64,000 nucleotides of DNA, taken from contig CP154954.1 of the NCBI GenBank assembly GCA_039621445.1, forward strand, positions 1,860,001 to 1,924,000, in the 5' to 3' direction. The stretch is from Euglena gracilis. Its lineage: Eukaryota. Below, piece by piece: positions 23,535 to 35,500 of the stretch (the first letter of the stretch is position 1; every line of letters begins with the position of its first letter). The position numbers and the translations under genes were made by a program. The notes under the pieces are model-generated. The model did no database searches and was not told the origin of the DNA. It was given only the letters and a program-made list of their open reading frames with translations.

Positions 23535-26500
23535 GCAATGAACCTCGGGATTGAGCCTCGGTGCAAATGACTGCAGCTATTGGTGTCCCATGCATGCCAA
23601 CTTTTCTGGAACACATAGGTTCGTGTTTTCGGGTAGTCTGTGCATCTGGCACCCCTAATAACACTTTCATGAAGGCAAGCACTTGCCTCTCAAATATCCG
23701 AGCGGCAGCCACGGGGTTGTTCGATATTGCGGAAAATTTTGCCGACGTTTCCGGCATTTCGAGTGACAGTTTTACCTTTCCCAAACATAAGGCGAGTGTC
23801 AACACATTATCCACCTCATTTGGTGCAAATGTGAAGAAAACGGATGGCATCCCGAACCACGCAAGCATTGCCTGCATTTTCCCCAGAGTGGCATATCTTT
23901 CGGAAGACCCAAATGGCACAATACTGTGACAAGTGCGGATGATGGGCAAAAACTCCATCAACAGTTTGGTAGCCAACAAACCCGTTGGATTCTTGATTGC
24001 CTCTTCCAAGCGTTCTGTAAAATCAACGCTATTCACTGCATTTTCAAAACGACTTAAAAATGAAGGAGTCGCTTTGAGGCGACGACCTATGCTCCGGAGA
24101 GCCATGTGTCTTAACTTTTGATTGAAAATGAGAAGCACAAAATCCCGGCTCTCGGCAAACCTGTGGTCATGTTGATACAAAAGATGACGCACTGTCTCGG
24201 TATTCAACCCACTGTTTCTTTCAATCCCTTGATATGTCATGAACAAAGTTGGAAATGATCCCATCAGCAGATGGGCATTACGTGTGAACTCATTGACAGG
24301 GGTTTCATCCCGATGAACAAACGTCGTTGCACGATTTTTACAAATGTCCTGAATGGATTGGACCAATACTGGGAGGTCATTACTTGCACAACCCACGATG
24401 GTGCCATCCGCAACCAAAACCGCATCATCGATGCCATTTGTTTCTGCTTCATTGGAAGGGTTTGCAATATCCGCGGTCATGCGGGCATCACATACTATTG
24501 CCTCACTTTCTTCCACAATTTCAACCCTTTCAAAAATAGTGGAAGAGAAAGCATGCACCTCAGAGGGTTCCTGTTGCAAAATTTCAATGGTTGCGTACAA
24601 TGGGTTAACGTGCTTCAGCACGACAAGCCATTGCATCAACTTTTCCCAATTGACCGTGAAAATTCGTTCGATTTTGGCCCTGCAGCGTTCAGTTGCCATT
24701 ACTTGATCCCATTGGGACTTTGTCCCCACAAATAAAACTTTGGTTTCTTTCAACCGAGCGACATTTGGAAGGGCCAAAATGGTTTGTTCCAACCCTTCAT
24801 GGGGAAAAGAGATTGTGTGTCCCTTAATACCCCACCCCACACCATGACCACCCCCTATGGCCACCAGTTTAACTATTGTGATGCAGGTCCTGACAGGGGC
24901 AATGAGGCGTTCCTCCAGCGCTGTCAATTCAGGCAACCCTGACCTATTCCCAAAATGTTTTCCACTGGCAACAGATCGTGGTGGTCGAATTGGGCTTGGC
25001 CCAATTAGTGATTTCTGGCAGTGTTTGCAAACAGTCACATCTCCGGCTTTAGGGACACCATGCAACCAATACAAATTCACCCCATGCTGTACAATGCAAA
25101 GATGGCAATGGTACTGGGGAGGAATTTTGGCCAACCACTCTTGTTCGACCTCATTCAATTGCAACGGACGCAAAGAATGCAGTGAAACAGGTTTCACCTC
25201 AATGAAGTCTTCGACACCACACACTTGACAAATGTTTATGTTGTCAAGGATGCCAACACTTTCTTCCCATTCTTTCGCCATGAAAACAACCCTTTGCGGT
25301 GTTAGTTCTTCATTCTCCAACTTTTGCAAAACTTCATCCCTCTGGGTACTTGGAAATAGACATGGGCTTGCAGGCCACACATCCCACCCAGTTGAATCCC
25401 ACCATCCCCGTATGACCGCTGGTAACGATTTCCATCCACCCAGCGATCGAAATTCTGTTTCATTTGGGGGCTCGACACTCAGCAATTGTGCCAGTTGTTC
25501 ATCACGCAATTTCAACGGGGGGCAATTTAACTGCGATGAAGCATGTAACTGTTCCCACACAAAGCTTCTCTGACCTCCGAATGTTGCTCCCAAAACCCCG
25601 TATGTTGCACTCTGTGCACCGTGCTCGGCACCTTCAATGGCATGCTCCATACCCTCCACCCCACTGCACCTGCCCTCCACGCCACGTGCAGCACTTTGTG
25701 CACCATGTTCTGCGCCTCGCATACCTCCCACGGCACCTTCGGCGGCATGCACGACACCCCCCACCCCACTGCACCCCCCCTCCACGCCACGTGCGGCACC
25801 TTGTGCACCATGTTCTGCGCCTCGCATTCCACCGGCGGCACCTTCAATGGCATTTACCATACCCTGCACCCCACTGCACCCCCCCTCCACGCCACGTGCG
25901 GCACTTTGTGCACCATGTTCTGCACCTTGCAGTCCTCCCACGGCACCTTCAACAGCATGCACCATACCCTGAACCCCATAGGTGCCTGTGTCCATGCTCT
26001 CCTCATAGAACAAGCGCCTTCGGGACAAACTCCGAGTTGGTGCCTTGGCACAACCTAGAACGTGGCGCCGCATGTGTTGCACTCTTGAAAATTCTTCCTT
26101 GCAATAAGCGCACACGCGTGACGGGGTTCTTGGGACAGCAGAGTTACACCTTTCAAAATGGCGGTTAAAATTATTTCGATCACCAAATTGATCATTGCAC
26201 TTGCTGCATGTGAATAATTTAGGACTGTGAACATTGGACGTGTCCGTGGAATGGTGGTCACGCATATGCCTTAGCAAATGCTGATTTGATGAAAATGTTT
26301 TTTCACATTGTGGACATTGTGGTCTATCACTCTCAATAGCTTGCACAACACATTCCCCACGAGGCGTGTCTTGGGCCAGCATAGTATCACCATCCCTTTC
26401 GGTGCTACCCGCGTGCACATTTCGAATATGCCGTAACAAATTTGGGCGTGTTGAAAACGTTTTCTTGCAGTACTTGCATTCCTGCCCTCTACAAATGCTT

Positions 26501-26961
26501 TCTTGCATTAAATTAGAACCACCAAGGCCAAATGCAATGCCTTCTTGCGATGAACTGTCACATTTTTGCACACGACTGTTAACACTATGAACACGTGTTT
26601 CATTGGTTGCATCCCAAGAGCCAAAAGAACTTTCATTTCGCATGGCCCGTTCCATTTCAATGTCTCCCCAACATTCAAAAGCATCAGGCAGAGGTCTGTC
26701 TTTTGCCAACATTGAGGGGTTGGAACAAGGCGCATTTTGCACACGTTGTTGAAACACTTTCATCAATGCAAACAAAAAACACCCCAAAGCAATGAAAAGA
26801 ACGATAACATGCCGCAAAGTTGGCGATGAAACAAACTTTTCTTCCTCGGGATTCATTGAATGCATGAAAGAAACCAAAAAAAAAGTTTGGAAAAACCTGC
26901 ACAGAGAAGAGAAGAGAGCAATAAGGGATTCAATGTCTTTTCGCGCCTTTATGAAATACAC
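23470..26961 (-). CDS. RepHel N-terminal part: four C2H2/C2HC zinc fingers, Gly/Ala-rich 35-aa repeats, DUF6570-like region, Helitron Rep motifs 1-2
   Basis: CKYCKKTFS..NLLRHIRNVH; CPQCEKTFS..HLLRHMRDHH; LPELTALEERLIAP; KGHTISFPH; WLVVLKHVNPLY; FPTLF; EAQSRGSLHGH. The true start codon is uncertain. Confidence 0.85.
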   Translation of the reverse strand: MYFIKARKDIESLIALFSSLCRFFQTFFLVSFMHSMNPEEEKFVSSPTLRHVIVLFIALGCFLFALMKVFQQRVQNAPCSNPSMLAKDRPLPDAFECWGDIEMERAMRNESSFGSWDATNETRVHSVNSRVQKCDSSSQEGIAFGLGGSNLMQESICRGQECKYCKKTFSTRPNLLRHIRNVHAGSTERDGDTMLAQDTPRGECVVQAIESDRPQCPQCEKTFSSNQHLLRHMRDHHSTDTSNVHSPKLFTCSKCNDQFGDRNNFNRHFERCNSAVPRTPSRVCAYCKEEFSRVQHMRRHVLGCAKAPTRSLSRRRLFYEESMDTGTYGVQGMVHAVEGAVGGLQGAEHGAQSAARGVEGGCSGVQGMVNAIEGAAGGMRGAEHGAQGAARGVEGGCSGVGGVVHAAEGAVGGMRGAEHGAQSAARGVEGRCSGVEGMEHAIEGAEHGAQSATYGVLGATFGGQRSFVWEQLHASSQLNCPPLKLRDEQLAQLLSVEPPNETEFRSLGGWKSLPAVIRGWWDSTGWDVWPASPCLFPSTQRDEVLQKLENEELTPQRVVFMAKEWEESVGILDNINICQVCGVEDFIEVKPVSLHSLRPLQLNEVEQEWLAKIPPQYHCHLCIVQHGVNLYWLHGVPKAGDVTVCKHCQKSLIGPSPIRPPRSVASGKHFGNRSGLPELTALEERLIAPVRTCITIVKLVAIGGGHGVGWGIKGHTISFPHEGLEQTILALPNVARLKETKVLFVGTKSQWDQVMATERCRAKIERIFTVNWEKLMQWLVVLKHVNPLYATIEILQQEPSEVHAFSSTIFERVEIVEESEAIVCDARMTADIANPSNEAETNGIDDAVLVADGTIVGCASNDLPVLVQSIQDICKNRATTFVHRDETPVNEFTRNAHLLMGSFPTLFMTYQGIERNSGLNTETVRHLLYQHDHRFAESRDFVLLIFNQKLRHMALRSIGRRLKATPSFLSRFENAVNSVDFTERLEEAIKNPTGLLATKLLMEFLPIIRTCHSIVPFGSSERYATLGKMQAMLAWFGMPSVFFTFAPNEVDNVLTLALCLGKVKLSLEMPETSAKFSAISNNPVAAARIFERQVLAFMKVLLGVPDAQTTRKHEPMCSRKVGMHGTPIAAVICTEAQSRGSLHGHGVFWGGIPPTHTGCDCSR
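25575..25980. repeat. In-frame ~105-bp minisatellite (~3.5 copies) inside the RepHel ORF
   Basis: Encodes GMVHAVEGAVGGLQGAEHGAQSAARGVEGGCSGVQ-type 35-aa units. Confidence 0.85.
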
Positions 26962-27327
26962 AAGCCTATATCCTCAATTCAAAATGCATCAGCCTAAATC
27001 CCCAAAAGGAAAGCCAGCCCCTAATTGGAAATCGACCGTCTCCTAATTGATTGACATAACCCCCGTATTAGACAGTCCCCTCCCCCTAATTGCAACACCA
27101 CCGTTAACGCACAGTACCCCCTCCTAATTTGACAAACCTTTCACCAAATACACAAGCCTGTATCCTCAATTCAAAATGCATCAGCCTAAATCCCCCAACG
27201 GAAAGCCACCCCTAATTGGAATTCCACTGTCTCCTAATTGATTGACATAACCCCCGTATTTGACATTCCCCCCCCCCTAATTGCAACACCACGCTCAATG
27301 CACAGTGGCCCCTCGTAATTTGCAAAC
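26953..27327. repeat. Two ~194-bp direct repeats at the 5' end of the RepHel ORF
   Basis: 'aaatacacaagcct.tatcctcaattcaaaatgcatcagcctaaatcccc' occurs at 26953 and 27147. Each copy has several cctaatt motifs. Confidence 0.85.
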
Positions 27328-29515
27328 ATAACCCACCAATTGAGAAGTGGAGACCAGAAGAGTGGTGATGAAACATGGTTTTAGGCCGAACAAAAACCCA
27401 AAAAAAATTTGATTTGTACTTTCTGACCGAAAAATGACTCGAAACTTTTCGGTTTCCGGCCCAGAACGAGGGGCTAGCAAATCAAAAAAAAAAAACACTC
27501 ATCGGCCCATAAACACTTTTGCCGGGGGAGGGAGGACCAAAAAACATGCATTTGTGAAAAAACATTTATTTTCGGCTCCAAAACAGTGTTTCCGGGAGGG
27601 CAAAAAAAACACGAATTCGGGCCAAAAAAAATCTCCAATTTTTTCGATTTTTTGACCCAGTTTTGAGCCGAAGTATATGCGTGGCGGCCTGAAACGGGAT
27701 CTTTGACCCTGGAACTTTGACCCTTGAAAAAGACAGAATTGACCATACAATGCCGTGAATACCGTGCAGCCCATGAAATATCATGCTTTGGTCTAAGTGC
27801 AATGGGTCACAAATGACAACACCCTACATTGACAAATGTTTCTTTTCCTCCTGGTGCGGGGCTAAATCAAGGGTTGGCATGCCTAACGGGGTCTCTTGAA
27901 GAACAGGGTGTGGTTGAGGTGCGCTTTGCCAAATACTGTATGACCTTCAAGAGGATTGTAAAAAATCTGGGTGTAAACCACCGTTCTCCTTCGCTTTGTA
28001 TCAAAATTCAGCTGTGTTCCATCATATTATGTCCTAAAACGCCACCACAATGACGTTATTCCTGATGAAAACCTTTTGAAAAATATGCTTAAAGTAACTG
28101 AGAATCAAATTGTTTGTTGCTATTGCCAAAAAGGTAATTCATATCACCCCTCCAACCACATGCATGAACGGGCCACATGGGTCACATTCGTGACAATTTG
28201 CGCGAAATTTGCGAAAAGTATTTGCTTATACAACCGCACCTCACATACCACTTTTTCCTTGCAGTCGGGTACGTTTGGGGGATCACCCCCCACGTTGTTA
28301 TCCTTGGAAATTCTGTTGGGAGCTTTGTCAAGAAACAGTGACGATGATGGCGACGGTGATGATGAAAACGATGAAAGGAAAAGAAAATATTTCACATACA
28401 TCCAAAGAAGCATGTTCAAAACATCGTGGTGTGAGATTTATACGCAATCCATGCCGAATTTGATCCTGCATGCAACATGAGTGCTGATGGTGGTGGTATC
28501 ATTTGGCAGTGTGCTCGTCGATCATATCACACTCGCGGCAGTGAATACGGCCCAAAATCAGCAAACAACGCCCGTGTTTGCGATGAAGCGGGGGGGGGGG
28601 AGGGGTCGCCATGGGGTGCGGGACGAATTCAAAACAGATAGGTGTTCGTAGTAGGGGTTTTCTTAAGCCGTAGCGTACTCAATCGTGGTGGGGGTCTAGT
28701 CATGCAACAGCTCAAAGCAAACCACCAACTGAAAGTGGGGCTGGGAGCCCACGGCCCCCCTCCGGGGGATCGAGTGACATACACTTGGGTCATGTCTAGC
28801 TGGCAAATTGGGCTGCGCAGTTCACGTATCCCTTCATTTTCCCCTCTCATTACAGCTTCCTCCTTCACAGCCCCCCCAGCATTGACCCAGCTCCATGCAT
28901 CACAGTGTCGAAAATTAAAAAAAATGTTGGACAATGCTCGTTTTCATCAGTTTTTGTGGGTCCGGGAGGCCAAAAAACATCGTTTTGGGCAAAAAAATTT
29001 TTTCGAATTTTTTCAACTTTTTTGACCGGTTCTGACCCTGAGCTCTTTGGGAGACCACCCCAGTCCGGCCCGGCGGCCCGGCCCGGTCCGGCCGGCGGCC
29101 CGGCGGCCCGGCCCGGCCGGCGGCCCGGCGGCCCGGCGGCCCGGCCCGGCCGGCGGCGCGGCGGCCCGGCGGCCCGGCCCCGGCGGCGCGGCGGCCCGGC
29201 GGCCCGGCGGCCCATTTTGGGCTCAAAAACAGTTGTTCTGGGTCCGGGACGAAAAAAAAACATCGTTTTGGGGCAGAAAAAAGTTTTCGATTGTTCTCGA
29301 CTTTTTTGACCCGGTTTTGACTCAAAATCAATGGGTTGGCGGCCCAAAACGGCGCGCCGGCGGGTCGAAAAACGCTCATTTTCAGCTCAAAAACAGTTTT
29401 TCTGGGTCCGGGAGGCCCAAAAACATCGTTTCGGCCAAAAAAATTTTTTCGATTTTTTCGACTTTTTCGACCCGATTTTGACCTAAAGTCTATGGGTCGG
29501 CGGCCCAAATGGGCC

Positions 29516-32500
29516 ACCTTTCCTCTTCTCCCCTCCTTTTCTTCCCCTTTTCTCTTTTCTTCCTTCCCTCCCTCTTTTCCTCTTCGCCCCTCCTTTCCCC
29601 TTTGTCCCCCTCTTCTCCTCCTCGCCTTCCTCTTTCTTCCTTTCTCTTCCCCTTTCTCCCCTCCTCTTTTCCCTTCCCTCCTTCTCCTTTCCTTCTTCCC
29701 CTTTCTTCTCTTTCCCTCTTCCTTCTCCTTTTCCCCTTTTCTCCCTCCTTTCCCCCCCTCTTCTTCTCTTCTTTTCCTTCTCCTTCCCCTTTTCTTTTCC
29801 CTTTCTTTTTTCCATCCTTTTTTTTCTTTCTCCCCTCTCCTCTCCTTTCCTTTCTTTTCCCCTTTTCTCTTTTTTCCCTTCCTTTTCCTTTCCCCTTTCT
29901 TTCCCTTTCTTCCCTCCTTCTCCCCTTCTCCCTTCCTTCCCCCCTTTTTCTTCCTTTCCCCTCCTTCCCCCCCCTCCCTTCCCCCCCCCTCCTTTTCCCT
30001 CCTCCCCCCCCTTTCTCCCTTCCCCCTCTTCCTTTTCTTTCTCCCCTTTCTTCCCTCTTCCCCCCTTCTCCCCCCCCCCTTTTTTTTCTTCTCTTCCCTC
30101 TTCCTTTCTTTCCTTTCCTTTCCCCCCTTTTCTTCCCTTCTCCCCCTCCCTTCTTCCTCCTTTCCTCTCCCCCTTTCTTTTTTTCCTTCTTTTTTCTTTT
30201 TCCTCTTTCCTTTCCCTCTTTTCCCTCTCCCCCCCCCTCTTCTTTTTCCCCCCTTTTCCCCCCCCCTTCCTCCCCCCTTTCTTTCCCCTTCTCTCTCTTC
30301 CCCCTTTTCCCCCCTTTTTTCCCCCCTTTCTCCCCTCCCCCTCTTTTCCCCCCCCTTTCCTCTCTTTTTCCCCCCTTTCCCCCCCTCCTTCTCCCTCCCC
30401 TCCCCCTTTCTTTTTCTCCCTCCCTTTCCTTCCTCCTTTTCCCCCTCCTCTTTTCTTCCCCCCTTTCCCCCCCCCTTCCCTCCTCTCCCCCCTTCCCCCC
30501 CTCCCCCTCTTTCCCTTTCCCCCCCCCCCTTCTCCCCTTTCCCTCCCCTCCTTTTTCCCCCTCTTCCCTTTTCTCCCCTTCTTTTTCCCTTCTTTTCCTT
30601 TCCCTTCTTTCCCTTTCCCCCCCTTCCCTCTCTCCTCCTTCTTTCCTTTCTTCTTCTTCCCTTTTCCCCCTCTTCTTCTTTTCCCCCCCCCCCCTCCCTT
30701 TTTCTCCCCCCCCCTTCTTTTTTTCCTCCTTCCCCCTTCCTCCCCTCTTCCCCCTTTTTCTCTCCCCCCCTCCCCTTTCCTCCTCCCCTTTCTTCTCCCT
30801 TCCCCCCTTTCCCCTTCCTCTTTTCTTCTTCCTTTTCCTCTCTTTTCTCCCCCCCTTTCCTTTCCTTTTTCCTCCCCTTTCTTCCCCTCCTTTCCCCCCC
30901 TTTTCCCCCCTCCTTCCCCCTCTTTTCCCCTCCCCCCCCCTTTCCCCCCCTTCCCTCTTCTTCCCCTTCCTTTCCCCCTCCCCCTTTTTTTCTTCTCCTT
31001 CCCCCTTTCCCCCTTTTCTTCCTCCCTTTTCCCTTCTCCCCTTTTCTTTCTTTCTTTCCTCCCCTTCTTTTTTTTTTTCTTCTCCCCCCTTTCCTTCTCC
31101 CCCCTTCCCCCTTTCTCCTTCTTCTTCTCTTTTTTTCCCCCCCTCCCCTTCCCCCCTCCCCCCTTTTCCTTCTTCTTCTTCTTCTTCCTCCTTTTTCCTT
31201 CCCCTCCCCCTTTCTCCTTCTTTCCTTCCTCTTCTCCCCCCTTTCCTCCTTCTTTCTTTCCTTCCCCCCTTTTCCCCCCTCTTTCTTTTTTTTTCCTCCC
31301 CCTCTTTCCCCCCCTCCTTCTCTTCTCCTTCCCCCCTTTCCCCCTTCCTTTCTCTTTTCCCCCTTTCTTCTTCTTTCTCCTTCCCCCTTCCCCCTTTCCT
31401 TCTTCCTCCCCCTCTCCCCTCCCCTCCCCTCCCCCCTCTCCTTCCTTTCCCTTCTCTCTTCTTTTCTCCTTTTTTCCCTCTTTCCCCTCCCCCTCCCTTT
31501 TCTTTTCTTCCCTCTTTCCTCCCCCTTTCTTTTCTCCCCTTCTCTCCCTTTTTCTCTTTCTCCCCTTCCCCCTCTCCCCTCTTTCCTCTTTTCCTCTTTT
31601 TTTCTTCCCTTTCTCTTCTCTTCCCCTCTCTTTCTCTTCTTTCCCCCTCCCCCCCTCCTCTTTCCCTCTTCTCTTTCCCCCTCCCCTTTCCTTCTCCCCC
31701 TCCTCCCCCTTTTCCTTTCCTTTTTTTTTTCCCCTTTTCCCCTTTCTTCCCCTTTTCCTCCCCTTCTTTCCTTCTCCTTTCCTCCCCTTTTCCCCTTCTT
31801 TTCTTTCCCCCTCTTCTTCCCCCTCCCCCCCTTTTTCCTTCCTCTCCCCCCCTCCTCCTTCTTCCCTTTCTCCCCTCCCCCTTTCTCTCCCTCCCTTTTT
31901 CTTCTTTTCCTTCTCCCCTTCCTTCCTTCTTCTTTTCCCTCTTCCCTTCCCTCCCCCTTTCTTTCTTTCTCTTTCCCCCCCCTTTCCTTCTCCTTCCCCT
32001 TCCCCCTTTTCTTCTCTTTCTCCCCTCCTCTTCTTCCCCCCTTTTTCCCCCTCTTTCCTTTCTTTCTCCTTCTCCCCTTTTCTTTTCCCCCTCCTTCCCT
32101 CCCTTCCCCTCCCTCTCCTCTTCTTTTTTTTTCCTCCTCCCTCCTTTCCCCCCTTTTCTTTTCTTCCCTCTCTTCCCCCCTCCCCTTTCTCTCTTTTCCT
32201 CTTTCTTTCCCTCCCCTTCTTCCCCTCCTTCTTCCTTCCCCTCCCCTTCTCCTCTCCCCTCCTCTTTTTTCTTTTTCCTCCCCCCCCCTTCCCCCTTCCC
32301 TTCTTTCCTTTCCTTCCTCTTCTTCTTCCCCCTCTTTTCTCCTTCTTTTTCCCCTCCCCTTCCTTTCTTTCCTCTTTCTTTTTCCTCCCTCTTCTTCTTT
32401 CCTCTTCTTTTCCTTTTTCCCTCTTTTTTCCTTCTTTTCTCCTCTCCTTCTTTTTCCTTTTTCTCTTTCCTTCTCCCCCTCCTCTTTTTCTTTCCTTTTT

Positions 32501-35500
32501 TTTCCTTTCTTTCTTCCCCCCTTCTCCTTTCTTTCTTCTTCTTTCTCCCCCTTCCTTTCCTTCTTCCTCCTTCTTTCCTCCTTTTCTTCCCCTCCTCTCC
32601 TTCCCCCTTTCTTTTCCCTTCTTTTTTCCCCTCCCCTTCTTTTTCTTTCTTCTCTCTTCCTTTTTTCCTTCTTTTTTCCCTTTTCCCTCTCCTTCTTTCT
32701 CCCTCCTTTCTTCCTCTTTCTTTTCCTTTCTTTCCCTCTTTTCCTCCTTTTTCTTCTCTTTCTCTTTTCCCCCCTTTCCTTTCCTCTTTTTCCCCTCCCC
32801 TCTTTCTTCCCCCCCTTTCTTCCCTTTTTTTCCTTTCCCTTTCTTTCTTCTTCTTTTCTTTTCCTCCCCTTCTTTCTTTCCTCTTTCTTCTTTTTCTTTC
32901 CTCCTTTTTTCTTTTCCTTTCCTTCTTCTCTTCCTTTCCCCCCTTCCTCTCTTTCTTCCTTTTTTCTTTCCTTTTTCTTTCTCTCTTTTCTTTCTTTCTT
33001 TTTCTTTTTTTTCCCCTTTTCCTTTCCTTTCCTCTTTCTTTCCTTCCTTCTCTTTCTTTCTCTTTTCCCCTTCTTTCTTTTTCTTTTTCCCTTCCTCCCT
33101 CTTCCCTTTTTTTCTTTTTCTTTCCTTTCTTCTCTCCTTTTCCCCCCTTTCTCTCTTCTTCCTTCCCCTTCTTTTTTTTTTCTTCCCCCCTTTCCCCTTC
33201 TTTTTTCCTTCTTTCTCTTTTCCTTTTTTCCTTTTCCCCTCTCCTTCCCCTTTTTCTCTTCTTCCCTCCTCTTCTTTCTTTTCCTCTTCCCCTTCTTTTT
33301 TCTTTCTTTTCCCCCTCTCTTCTCTTTTCTTTCCCCTTCTTTTTCTTCTTCTCCTTCTTTTCTTCTTTCTTTTCCTTCTCTTTTTCTTTCTTCTTTTTCT
33401 TTTCTCCCTTTTTTCTCCCTCTTCCTCCCTTTTCTTCCCCCTTTTTCCTTTCTCTTCCCTTCTTCTTTTCTTTCCCCTCCTTCTTTCTTTTCTTCCTTCT
33501 TTTCCCCTCTTTTCTTTTCCTTTTTTCTTTCTTTTTTTTCTCTTTCTTTTCCCTTCCTCCTTTCCTTTCTCTTTTCTTTTTTCTTTTCTCTTTTTCTTTC
33601 TTCCCCTTTTTCCTTCTTTCCTTTTCTCTTTTCCTTTCTTTTTCTTCTCTTTCCCCCTTTCTTTCTTTCTTTTTCCTCTTTTCCTTTCTCCCTTTTTCTT
33701 TTTCCCCTCTTCTTTTCTCCCTTCTTTCCTTTTTTTCCTTTTCTTCTCCTCTCCTTTTCTTCCTCCTTCTCTTTTCCCTTTTTCTTTCTCCTCTTCCCCT
33801 TCCTTTTTTCCTCTCTCTTTCTCCTTCTTCTCTTTTCTTTCTTTCTTTCTTTTTTTCTCTTTTTCTTTTTTTCTTCTTTTTCCCTTTCTTCTCTTTCTTT
33901 CCTTTTTTTCTTCCCTTTTTCCCCCCCTTCTTTCCTCTCCCTTTCTCTCTTTTCTTTTTTTCCTTCCTTTTCTTTCCCTTCTTCTCTTTTTTTTTCTTTC
34001 TGTCCCTTTTTCTCTTTTTCTCTCTTTCTTTTTTTTTTCTTTCCCCTTCCCTTCTTTCCTTTTTTTCCTTCCTTCTCTTTTCTTTTTCTTTCTTTTTTCT
34101 TCCCCTTCCCCTTTTCTTTTTTTTTCTTTCTTTTCCCTTTCTTCTTTCTTTTCTTCCCTTCCCTCTTTTCTTTCTTTTTTTTTCCTTTTTCCCTTTTCCC
34201 TTCTTCTTTCTTTTCCCTTTTTCTTTTCTTTCTTCTCCTTCTTTTTTTTCTTTTCCTCCTTTTTTTTCCCCCTTTTTTTTTTCTTTTTTCTTTCTTTCTT
34301 TTCTTCCCCTCTTTTTTTTCTCCTTCTCCCTATTCTTCCTTTTCCCTCCTTTTCCTTCCTTCTTTCTTTCCTTCTTTCTTTCTTTTTCTTCTTCTTTCTT
34401 TTTTCCCCTTTTTTCTTTCTTCTCCTTCTTCTTTTTTTTTCTTCCCCTTTTCTTTTTCTTTTTCCTTTCCCCTTTTTTCCTTTTCCCCCTTTCTTCTCCT
34501 CTTTCCCCCCTCCTTTCTTTCTTTCCTTTTCTTCTTCCCCTTTTCCTTCTTTTTCCCCCTTTCTTCTTCCCTTTCTTTTTTTCCTTCTTTTTCCTCCTCT
34601 TTTTTTTTCTTTTTCTCTTCTTTTTTTTTCTTTCTTTTTCCCTTTTCTCCTTCTTTTCTTTTTTTTTCCCCTCCTTCTTTTTCCCTCTTTCCCCCTTCTT
34701 CCCCCCTCCCCCTTTTCTTTTCTTTTCCTTTCTTCTTTTTTTTTTTTTCTTTTCCTTCCCCCTCTTTTCCTTTTTTCTTTTTTTTCTCCTCCCCCCCCTT
34801 TCCTTCTTTCTTCTCTTTTCCTCCTTTCTCTTTCTTTCTTTCCCCTTTTTCTTCTTTTTTCCTCCTTCTTCCTTTCTTTTCTTTTTCCTTCTGTTTCCCT
34901 TTCTTTTCCCTTTTCTTTCCTCCCTTTTCTTCCCTTTCTTTCTTTCTTTCCCTTTCTTTCTTTTTCTTTCTTCTTTTTTCCCCCCTTCTTTCCCTCCCCT
35001 TTCCTTTCTTTCCCCTCTTCCTTTCTTTCTTTCTTCCTTTTTCCTTCTCCTTTTTTTCTTTCCCTTTTTTCTCTTCTTTCCTCTCCCCTCTTTTTTCTCC
35101 TCCTTCTTTTCTTCTTTCTCTCCTTCTTTTTTCCCTTTCTTCTTTCTTTTCCCTTTTTTCCTTTCCTTCTTTTCTTTCTTTCTTCTTTTTCTTTCTTTCT
35201 TTTCCTTCTCCCTTTCTTTTTCTTCCTTTTCTTCCTTTTCTTTTTTTCTTTCCCCTTTTTTTTCCCTTTTTTCTTTTTCTTTCCTTTTCTTTTCTTTCCT
35301 TCCTTCCTTTTTCTTTTTCTTTTTTTTCCCCTTTCTTTCTTTTTCCTTCTCTTTCTTTTTCTTCCTTTTCTTCTTCCCTCTTTTTTTTCTTTTTTTCCCT
35401 CTTTCTTCTTTTCTCCTTTTCTCTTTTTCCCCTCCCTTCTTTCTTTTTTTCCTTTTTTTCTTTTCTTTTTTTTTTCCCTCCCCTTTTTTCTTCTTTCCCC

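Larger units (their letters stand above)
18530..26961 (-). mobile_element. Helentron/Helitron2-type rolling-circle transposon Rep-Helicase gene, frameshifted; element ends not resolved
   Basis: Collinear minus-strand ORF pieces carry Rep motifs FFTFAPNE, EAQSRGSLHGH and YVVGYCTK, then PIF1 motifs GPGTGK, LLIDEMSM, PFGG..VVLMGDFVQIPPV, QHRAQD, TFHGVQ..TLD and YVGISRVR. Confidence 0.9.

Noticed and set aside
27829-28934. Second gene upstream of RepHel (134-aa and other short ORFs)
   Set aside because: Cys/His and acidic patches are present, but there is no recognisable family and the frames are short and inconsistent.
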